Below are positions 54,200 to 64,000 of a stretch of DNA of 64,000 nt, piece after piece. The DNA is from Lama guanicoe (taxonomy: Eukaryota): assembly GCA_013239625.1 (NCBI GenBank), contig MU054220.1:558026-622025 (forward strand). Reading direction: 5' to 3'. Position numbers and translations under genes: made by a program. Below the pieces are notes generated by a model that searched no databases, had not been told where the DNA came from, and saw only the letters and a list, made by a program, of their open reading frames with translations. Every line of letters begins with the position of its first letter. Position 1 is the first letter of the stretch.

Positions 54200-56740
54200 T
54201 ACACTGAAAGTATAAAAGATTACTTGAAGGAAATTAGAGAAGACCTATAAACAGAAACACACCCCACATTCTTGGATTAAACAGTTAATATCATTAAGAT
54301 AATGATACTCCCCCAAGGTGACCTGTGGAGGTATTGCAATTCTTATCAAGATACTAACAGTGGGCTTTTTTTTTTTTTGGCAAAAGGAGAAAATCGATCC
54401 TAAAACTTATATGGCACTGCATGAAACCCCAAAGAGTCAAAGAGTTCTGAGAAATTAAGAACAAGTTTGGAGGACTCCCTCTTCTCTCTCAACTTACTAA
54501 AAGCTACAGGAATAAAAACAGTGTACTAGCATAAGGAGACACACAGAGATCAAAGGAATAGAATTGAAAATCCAGAAATAAACCCAAACATTTATTGTAA
54601 ATCGTGTTTCACAAGGAGCCCACTACCATCTAACAAGAATTGAATAGTCTCTGCAACAAGTGGTGCTGAGAAACTGGTATCAAAACCCAAACAATAAATT
54701 TGGATCAATGCCTCACACCACACATGAAAATTAACTCAAAATAGGTCAAGAACCAAATGTACAATTAAAATATAAAATTCTTAGTAGAAAACAGGGAGAA
54801 ATCTTCATGGCCTTGGATTCTTAAATATGGCAACAAAACACCAGCAGCAAAAGGGAAATAGAAGAACTGGAATCCCATCAAAATTACTCTTGTGCTTTGA
54901 TGGACACTATCAAGAAAGTGAAAGCTGGAGAACACTGCTGATGGAAATCTATAATAGTGATATGTTGTGGGTATACAGTTAGTATTCCACAAACATTTAA
55001 TATAGAATTGCCACATGACCCAGCAATCCCTCTCCAGGATTAACACCTAAAATAATTGCAAACAGCTGTTCAAATCAGTGTGTACAAATGTTAACAGCAA
55101 AACAACTCAAATTTTAATAACTGATGAATGAATAATGAAATAGTGATATGTCCATACAACAGACTATTATTCAACCATAAATAGATGCATACAAATGGAT
55201 ACATTTCAATTTATATTTAGAATGCAAATATATTTCAGCAAATGAAGAAAATAAAGGAATTTACTCCACCTGATAAAGTGCATCTGTATAAAACCCACAG
55301 CTACCATCATACTTAATGGTGAATTCCCTCTATGACTGGAAATAAGACAAGTCTGCACCCTCCAATTTCTGTTCTGCCTTCTACCATAGAGTCTAGCCAT
55401 CGCAACACGATAAGAAAAAGAAAAGACATACAGATAAGAAAACAAGAGGTAAGATTATAAACATGTATTTATGGACAGATGGCATCATTATATAGGTAGA
55501 AAATGTTAAGCAATCTACAAAAAAATCTAATACACCTAATCAGTTATTTAACAAGGTCACAAGACACAATGTCATGACAAATATCAAATGTATTTCTAAA
55601 AAACAGCTAACACAAATTAGAAACAAAATGCTATGTAAAATACTATTAAAAACATGAAATTTGAGGAATACATTATAAAAATACATTCAAGATTTATAGT
55701 TAAAAACCAGAAAATATTTCTGAGAGAGCAAAGGGATCGATAACCAAGTTGATAAATTAACAGACTCAATATGTACACCATATCAATTTTCACAATTTCA
55801 ATGCAGCTACAAAAAGCAATGTACAGGATATTTGAAGGAACTGACATTCTTATTTTAAAATTTGTATAGAAAATATAATCTTACAGGAACATGGAATACA
55901 AAATTACTCTCAAAAAAGAACACAGTTGGAGAACTTATCCTACCTAAAAAAAAAGACATACAAAGTTTTCATAAATCATGCTATGAACTATTGAAACATA
56001 ATAAAATGTTCATAAATAAATATAAATGTATGACGTTTTTACAAAGTTATCAAGTTAATTCTACGCAGAAAGAATAGATTTTTTGACAAATGCTGACAAA
56101 TAGGATATTCATATGCAAAAATATAAACAAACTCAACCACTACATCACATTACACATAAAAATTAATGTAAAATGTGTCAGAGTCTAGATGTTAAATCTA
56201 AACCTACTAAAGTTCTAAGAACATTTTTGATCTTGATGTAGATGAAGTAAATTAATATTTATTATATATGACATAATATGCATGAAACATTATATAAAAA
56301 ACCTAAAAATGTGCAACCTGTCAAGCTCTCTTGCAGATCAGATATTATTTATAAAAAAAATAAAAAGAAAATCCAGACTAAGAGAAAACTATAATATAAA
56401 TACACATATTTATATTATATATGTAAATTTATGCATAAAACTTTATATATAAATATATCTTACAATTACTTAAATATATAAAATATATATGACAAAATAC
56501 CTATATCTACAATACATAAAAACAAAATACATCTAAGTAAAGAGAAACCCAGAACTCTTATTTTTAAACTGTGAAGAAATTAAAAGTAAATTTCCCCATG
56601 AAGTTATACCTACAACAGTATTTTTTTAAATGCTCAATATCAATAGTCATCAGGGAAAGCAAACTGAGCCTCAGTAATTTATCACTGCATACTCCTCAGA
56701 ATGACTAAAAGATAAATCATAAAAACTGATGAGAATGTGG
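54200..56740 (+). mobile_element. Two adjacent old L1 fragments (54200-55200; 55200-56740, the latter paralogous to 38200-39830)
   Basis: Sense L1 ORF2 motifs (gaaatccagaaataaaccca, caacaagtggtgctg, gacccagcaatccc). Confidence 0.78.
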
Positions 56741-56897
56741 AACAATACATGTGTTTGAATTTACAACTCCTTTTATGCTTTAGATCTCTTTCCACATGTT
56801 TAGTGTTGCCTAGAGTTGCAGGCTGACCATCACATGGGTCCCAAAGATAAATTATCTGGATCCTTTTAGAAGATCTGTTTACTTTCACTGCCCTCTG

Positions 56898-57043
56898 TTT
56901 TTGTTTGTTTTTTTTTAATTATTTTGTTGGGGGAGGTAATTAGGTTTTTTTTTAATTTATCTTTGATGGAGGTACTGGGGATTGAACCCAGGACCTTATG
57001 CATGTTAGGCATGCACTGTACCACTGAGCCACACCCTCCACCC
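56898..57043 (-). mobile_element. tRNA-derived SINE (camelid Vic-1 type)
   Basis: Minus strand ggagggtgtggctcagtggtacagtgcatgcctaacatgcataaggtcctgggttcaatccccagtacctcc (A and B boxes), A-rich tail, TSD tcac(t/a)gccctctg at 56885 and 57044. Confidence 0.85.
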
Positions 57044-58222
57044 TCACAGCCCTCTGATTAATGTGAAAAACAGGTTTTGGATTCAAGTACTTTTAAATGA
57101 TTGCGCTAATTTAATGCCCTCACTGTTCTAACTCTCAAGCAATGAATAAGAGGTTTCCTGAAAAGCTGTAATACTTTTAAGATGACAGAAGTTCTGTCTC
57201 TGACACGAGCCACAGGTTAACTTTATCAGAGGTGTCTCACTGGAATTATGCCATCCTTGATCTTCGCATGACATTCAGCTTTCCTAGGAACCAAGATTCA
57301 GATAGAGAGAGGAGACTCACATGTCTCGAATGCAAGCGCAGGGAACACAATTCCCTACTCAAGAATGCGTATTTTTCAGACATGTCTCTCCAGAATACCT
57401 GCTTCTAAGACAAAGCCTTCCCATCAAAGGAGATAATTATTCCCAAAAGAGCAGCTGCAAGACAAGGTCCCTGAACCTTTGTAGAAACCTCTTTAAATAT
57501 CAATGCATGGCAGGTGAAAGTGTCTTTCTTGTTAATGTCTACAGAGCAAAATTCATCAAAGGTGGAATGAAACATTTGAATGTGTCTCCACGACACACTC
57601 TGCCTCCTGCCTGGGACCAGAGCCGTCTATAGAAGACCATGTGTTCATAGTGTTTCAAATTATTGCATTCTAAATTCAAGCCCAGAATTTTCTGTGAAAA
57701 CTTTTTGAGGTTTTAGGCTAATAGAAAAGATTCAGATTTATAAAAAGAATTACTTATCTACTGTGGATGTGATATGAATTCCCTGGATAGTCTCTGAGTG
57801 TGTCATATATTTCATACTGAAAATTACTTATCCCAAAAGGAGTTCGATTTGAAGATGGGATTATTTCTGGACACCCTCAAATATTGTTAATATTATCAAG
57901 ACCAGAAGGTAAGTTTTCAATAGTGCTGATGCTTATTAAAGATTGTTATCTTCTACAGATAATAACCATTTTGTTTCAACACTTTTGAAATACTGGAGCA
58001 GAGCATTTCATTTTCACCCCTTTCTGCAAAAGATGGTTCGTAAATATCATTAAGCTAATTTGACAGATGAAACATTTCAGGTTCATAGAGACTCTGAAAT
58101 TTGTAGGATCCAACTCTCTAACACAGATTTTCGATATTCGAGCAGTTAAATGATTTCAAGTTTCACCTAATAAAAAGTGACTTCTTTTTTCAGGTAATGT
58201 AATGAATCATCACTTGAGATAC

Positions 58223-59152
58223 ATGGAGAATAGAAATAACGTGACAGAGTTTGTTCTGCTGGGGCTCACACAGAATCCAAAGATGCAGACAATCATATTT
58301 GTTGTGTTTTTGGTCATCTACATTGTCTCTATGGTAGGAAATGTGCTCACCATGGTCACCATCTCTGCCAGCCCATTACTGGAGTCCCCCATGTACTTTT
58401 TCCTGGCTCATCTCTCTTTCATTGATGCCTGCTATTCCTGTGTCAATACTCCTAAACTGATCGTAGATTCGCTCCATGAAAAGAAAACCAGCCCCTTCAA
58501 TGAATGCATGATGCAAATCTTTGGGGAACATCTCTTTGCAGGTGCAGATGTCATCCTGCTCACTGTGATGGCCTATGACCGCTACGTGGCCATCTGCAGG
58601 CCCCTGCACTACACAGCCATCATGCACTGGCGACTGTGCTGGCTGCTAGTGGGAGTGGCATGGGCGGGAGGCATTCTTCACTCAACCATACAGATCCTCT
58701 TCATCGTCCATTTACCGTTCTGTGGCCCTAATGTCATAGATCACTTTATGTGTGATCTGAACCCCTTACTTGATCTTGCCTGCACTGATACCCACAGTCT
58801 AGGGCTCTTTGTGCCTTTCAACACAGGTTTCATCTGTCTATTAATCTTCCTCCTCTTGATTGGCTCCTATGCGGTCATTCTGCACTCCCTGAGGACACAC
58901 AGCTTAGAGGCGAGGCACAAGGCCCTCTCCACCTGTGTCTCCCACATCACAGCTGTCATCCTATTCCTTGTGCCCTGCTTGTTTGTGTACCTGAGACCTG
59001 CAACTACTCTACCTAGTGATAAAGCAGTTACGGTGTTCTACACTGTAATAACTCCCATGTTAAATCCCTTCATCTATACATTGAGAAATGACCAGTTGAA
59101 AAATGCCATTAGGAATTTGTGTAGCAGGAAAGTTATTTCAGGTGATAAATAA
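58223..59152 (+). CDS. OR4C46: Olfactory receptor OR4C46-like (OR4C12/13/46 group), intact; alternative in-frame ATG at 58202
   Basis: [10 protein letters not shown]..., [55 protein letters not shown]; acceptor ttttttcag at 58193; upstream donor aag|gtaagt near 57909. OR call is certain, symbol is best recall. Confidence 0.82.
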   Translation: MENRNNVTEFVLLGLTQNPKMQTIIFVVFLVIYIVSMVGNVLTMVTISASPLLESPMYFFLAHLSFIDACYSCVNTPKLIVDSLHEKKTSPFNECMMQIFGEHLFAGADVILLTVMAYDRYVAICRPLHYTAIMHWRLCWLLVGVAWAGGILHSTIQILFIVHLPFCGPNVIDHFMCDLNPLLDLACTDTHSLGLFVPFNTGFICLLIFLLLIGSYAVILHSLRTHSLEARHKALSTCVSHITAVILFLVPCLFVYLRPATTLPSDKAVTVFYTVITPMLNPFIYTLRNDQLKNAIRNLCSRKVISGDK

Positions 59153-60352
59153 AAGGTTCATGGAACTGGCATTGATTCTAAACACACAAAGATCAAAAGG
59201 ATATTGCTGGTGTTCTCAGCCAAGAAGATCTATGACATAAGTGACAATAAATTAACCACTGTAATGCATAGATTCTGCAAGTAGGGGGAAGAAATGGGTG
59301 CAAGAAAAGGGAGAAAAATCTTAGCCTGACACTAATTTTGCATATTTGGAAAATTCTACCAAATCAAGTCTTAGTTTTTCTACCTTGATGAATGTATATG
59401 AATTAATACACTTATTCTAATAACACAAAATAAAAATATACTGATAATGAGCAGTAATTTTTATAGTAATACAAATGGGTAGGTGCTGTTATTATTCCCA
59501 TTTCACAGGTAAGTAAACAAATAGAAGAAAGTTTCAAAACAGAAATATGGAAGAACTAAGTGAGGTATCTAAGTGATACCTCAACAATATATTTCACTGC
59601 TGTTTTTATACTGCTGGTCATGATGATAGAAAGGTAGGGTAATTATACTCATTACCACTTATTGAGACAGGGACTGTATTTGTGTGTGTGTGTATATATA
59701 TATTTCTTATATATTATATATGTATATTTACTATGTTACATATAATTAAATATATTATTTATATACATAGTTATATATATTAGCATATACTATTATATAT
59801 ACTATTATTTTATAAAAATAAAAGGTTCATGGAACTGGCACTGATTCTAAAGACACAAAGGTCAAAAACGATATTGCTGGTGTTCTCAGCCAAGAATATG
59901 TATGAGATAAGTGAAAATAAATTAACCACTATAATGCATAGATTCTGCTAGCAGGGGCAAGCAATGGATGCAAGAAAAGGGAGAAAAGCTTAGCCCGAGA
60001 CTACTTTTGCATATTTGGAACATTCTATCAAATCAAGCCTTAGTTTTTCTAGTTTCATCAACGTATATGAATTATTACACTTATTCTAATAACACAAAAT
60101 AAAAATATACTGATAATGAGCAATAGTTTTTATAGTAATACAGAGAGGTAGGTGCCGTTATTATTCCCATTTTACAGGTAAGTAAACAAATAGAAAGGAG
60201 AAAGTTTCAAACAGAAATATGGAAGAACTAAGTGAGGTATCTAAGTGATACCTCAACAATATATTTCACTGCTGTCTTACACTGCCAGGCCGTGACGATA
60301 GAAAGGTAGGGTAGTTATACTCATTACCATTTAGTGAAACGGGTGTGTGTGC

Positions 60353-60389
<37 letters not shown>

Positions 60390-60493
60390 GTGTGTGTGTG
60401 TGTGTGTGTATGTTATATATTATACATGAATAATTATTGTATATTGCATATAATTAGATGTATTAGTATACATTACTATATATACTATTATTG
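59147..60493 (+). repeat. ~670-bp tandem duplication of the OR 3' flank
   Basis: aaataaaaggttcatggaactggca at 59147 and 59816; the copies are colinear through a MIR fragment and a (TG)n/(TA)n tract. Confidence 0.93.
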
Positions 60494-61189
60494 TACTAGT
60501 TCATTACATATTACTCAATTTTAATAATTGTCATTAATACCTCTGCCCATTTTCACATGTCATGGTTGATGGCAGTACACTGGCTGTGACACTGTGGTAT
60601 GTAACTACTTTTGGAGTGTGAAAGCAATGGGTCATTTCATCTCCAAAGGGCATGTAAAGGATATTACACATGTTTTCCAATTTCCTTGTTGCATTCAGAA
60701 TCAACTTGTATTGCTCATGTCACCATCTTATGCTGATAATCCATCAGAAACAAATGATGATTCAAATAAAATAACATTCTAATGTCAGATACGAATTTCA
60801 ATTTATTAAATTAATTAAAAGGCATACTCCATAACGCACTTGCTTACTTGGTAGCAATACTTTCTACAAGTAGCACCATGTCTGCTTTATGATAAATACT
60901 GAATAAATGCATGTAAGTATAATGGAAGATGAATAAATTCAGCAAAATATAGAGCAGGAATGTAGTATTGGAGACCAGCATTTTTTCCACCTTTATCTGT
61001 TTCAGACTTAGAAGTATTTTAGGCATATCTCTTTTGGAAACTGCAATTTCTTTTTACTCCACAGGGACGTTTATTGGCCGGCCTCCATATGGTGAACTGT
61101 AGTGCAGGAATTCAGAATTTGGGTGCAAAGTTGGCCATATTTTTCCGATAACTACTCTCTTTTTATGAAATTGCCCTTGGCTTGGCCAG

Positions 61190-62480
61190 ATAAGTGGCAA
61201 AAACGCTCATTGCTCCCACACCTGCTGCACCTCCTTCTCTCTCCAAGTCTGCACCTGCAGATTCGTAGGGAGGTGACTGTGATCGGTTGATGGAGGAAGA
61301 GACGACTTGGGGCTGGTTTACAGATATTTCTGCTAAGTGAGTAAGCTGCAGGAACACAGTCCCATCCTGAAAATCCCTGAAGGTCAGTAGTGAAGGGAAG
61401 CCCTCCCAATGGGTAAAACTTCAAGGACTGAACCTTTACTTGCAAGGAGAAATGTCTAGATGACAATACATACTAATTCATAACTTTGACCAATGATTTG
61501 GCTGGATGGTCTGGAACTTAGAAGGAACATGGTTGGAAGGATGGTGACAAGAAAATTTGCATACTTCACTGAATGGGCCAAAAACATGAAAATATTTGTG
61601 TCCCATGTCACAAAGGGAAAAATGGGGGTGGTACTATTCACTACTACCTTTAGCAATCTATCAGGAAAATGAGTGTCTCCTGTCCCAACAACATATGCAT
61701 TGCTTGCTTAGATGTCTTACGTTTAAAGGGAGAAGTAACTCCACCAGGCACAGGAATTCCACCTGACACAGGAAGATTCTGCTGAGCTGACAGTTAAGCC
61801 TTCTGCCTGACCACTCTGAGCTGCTCACGCCCCTCAATCAACAGGCAATACTTAAGTTACGGTGATGGCTCCTGACGACAAAGGGGGGAACTGGACAGCT
61901 ACTTCTCAATGAGACAAGGACATGTAAGTCTGGAAAACAGTGGCTCCCACTGGGCCTTTCTTAGTACCACCACGTCTCATGACTAAGATCAATAAAAAAC
62001 TACAACAATCCAATCCAGTCAGAAGTACGAGCGGCCCAGACTTCTCAGCAGTGAAGGTCTGTGCCACCCCACCAGGTAAAGGTCTCTGGACGGCTTCTGC
62101 TCCCTGAAGGCACAGAGAACACAAAATGAGTGACACAAGAAACTCACTGTAACGCCATGAAGCCAGTCACAGAATTGAAAACGGTAACTGTTGTAAGTCC
62201 TTTCTATTTATGAACTTGTTGTTGTGTTTGTATATGTTATATATACAATATCTTTGCTTTCTTCTTTCTGTTATTACTTTATTGTGTAACATAAGATACG
62301 TTGACTTTCTACCATAGCATTTCAGTTATAGAACACCAGGACTTTACCTCCCAAAGATTCTCCTCCCCTTTTGGGAAGAACTTGGTACAGTTCTATTTGT
62401 ACACAGGGGAGTTGTGCCATGTTAGGTAGAATTCAGACCTGAACACAGTCCTTATTTGGAGACTAAGTATAGTTTAAGGA
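61190..62480 (+). mobile_element. ERVL internal fragments (RNase H/dUTPase/3' region)
   Basis: Degenerate EEEKTRAWFTDGSA and GEGKSSQWAEL-type coding (ggaggaagagacgacttggggctggtttacagat; gtgaagggaagccctcccaatggg); 3' gactaagtatagtttaaggag. Confidence 0.8.
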
Positions 62481-62489
62481 GAAGCATCT

Positions 62490-62930
62490 TGTTCTGGGCT
62501 GTGTCTACCAGGCTTTTCTGGATGGCATTCACATTTAAATTGGTAGAGTGAGTAAAAAGCCAGATGCCTTCTTCACTGTGGGAGGTCCTCGTTCTACCCA
62601 TCCATTTAATCAAACCTTAAAAAAAAGCCTTTAAAAAAAAAAACCTTAAAAAGGCTGAAATTCCCAGAATATGAGGGGTTTTTTCAGCCTCTGAGCCTTC
62701 ATATTGAAACACCAGCCTTTCCTGTCTGAAGGCCTGCATGCTGGCACATTAGCTCTTCCTGACTCTGCAGTAGCCTTCTGCCTGTGGTCCTGACGAGGAC
62801 TGATCCTCACTAGTTTACAGCAGTTTCAGTCCTTGAGGTTCAAAGTGGAAATTGTCTCTGCAGATGTTGCATTTGCCAAATTTCATAATCACAAGATCCA
62901 AATACTTACAGTAAACCTCTTCATATATAT
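62490..62930 (+). mobile_element. MLT2-like ERVL LTR
   Basis: tttctggatggcattcacatttaaattggtagagtgagtaaa...cagatgcc; ccaaatttcataatcac...ccaaatacttacagtaaacctcttcatatatat. Confidence 0.7.
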
Positions 62931-62939
62931 GCTATTGAT

Positions 62940-64000
62940 ACTGAAAGATAACACACTTTCATGGACTGGAAAACTTAATTGTGTTAAGAACTCAGTAATA
63001 CCTAAGAAAATACAGATCCAGTCCAGTCCCTGTCAAACCCCCAATAACACTTTTTGCACATATGGAAAACTCATTTAAAACATCCATATGGGATCACAAC
63101 AGACACCACAGCCAATATAAAATTGGAAATTTAAACAAAGTTAGCAGTATTACCCTTTCTGGATTTAAAATCTACTGTAGAGCTACACTAATTAAAACTG
63201 TTGGCACAGGCCTCTAGAGCAATAGAATAGATTAGACAGTCCAGAAGAAAAATCACCTGAATGGTAAAAAGACTTTGTACAAGGTTGCCAAGACCATCCA
63301 ATAAGGAGAGGACAGTTTTTTTTTTTTAACACATGGAATTGGCAAACCTGGACGTCCACATGGAAAAGAATGAAAGTGGACCTTCAACTTATACCCTATA
63401 CACAGTACACTCAAATGTATCAAAGACCTTAACAGAAGAGCTAAAACATTATATGCTTAGAAAAATTAAAGAAGAAAATACTCAAGATATTAAATTGGGC
63501 AATAAGTTTTTGAATAACATAAAAAAGGCAAAAGAAGAAAAATCAGGTAAATTGGACCACATCAAAATTTAAAACTTTGATGCATTAAATGACACTATCA
63601 ACAGAGAGAAAAGGTAATCCACACAATGAGAGATAAGAAATACATAATTGATAAGCTATTAACATCTAGAATATACTAAGAATTTCTACAACTCAATAGC
63701 AAAAAATAACCCAATTAATAAATGGAAAAATAACTGGAATAGACATTTTTCCAAAGAAGATATACAAATGGCCAATAAGTATATGAAAGATGTAAAGACG
63801 CCCAACATTGTTAATTACAATTGTGCACTGTTTGTGGGCATGAAAAATGGTGCTGCTCTGAAACACAATATGACACTCCTCAAAAAGTTAAAAATATAAT
63901 TACCATATGATCTAGCTTTTCCTCTTTGGGGTATATACTTAAAGAGAATTGAAAGCAGAACACAAAAGGATATTTGAACCATGTTCATAGCATTATTATT
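62940..64000 (+). mobile_element. L1 ORF2 3' fragment running off the window
   Basis: aatagacatttttccaaagaagatatacaaatggccaataag, taccatatgatctagc, atgttcatagcattattatt. Confidence 0.85.

Noticed and set aside
56960..57040. tRNA gene
   Set aside because: Has an A-rich tail and TSD; it is a SINE head.
33069..58627. ORFs antisense to OR genes (33069..33281, 48938..49273, 58376..58627)
   Set aside because: Typical antisense open frames produced by OR codon usage.
940..63572. Remaining 60-140 aa ORFs in the track
   Set aside because: Low-complexity or repeat-derived, many with non-ATG starts; no protein family signal.

Overview
Mammalian genomic DNA, very probably camelid (a Vic-1-type tRNA-derived SINE is present), from a family-4 olfactory receptor (OR) cluster. 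There are five single-exon OR reading frames: two OR4P-like paralogs (the first with a C-terminal frameshift and other lesions), one divergent OR4P-related gene, an OR4C16-like gene and an OR4C46-like gene. They sit among L1, MIR, L2, MER20, ERVL/MLT2 and LTR repeats. Two old local duplications left two 'ghost' OR genes: a 3' stub of about 8 codons, and an orphan promoter with no CDS. The most unusual object is a defective class II (betaretrovirus-like) provirus at 4592-8160 (LTR-PBS-gag-dUTPase-pro). It has a tRNA-Trp primer-binding site and a nested ERV1-type solo LTR. Instead of a 3' LTR it ends in an inverted copy of its own U3 terminus, with a near-perfect 6-bp target-site duplication around the whole unit. 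All homology calls were made by eye or from remembered family motifs; no searches were run.
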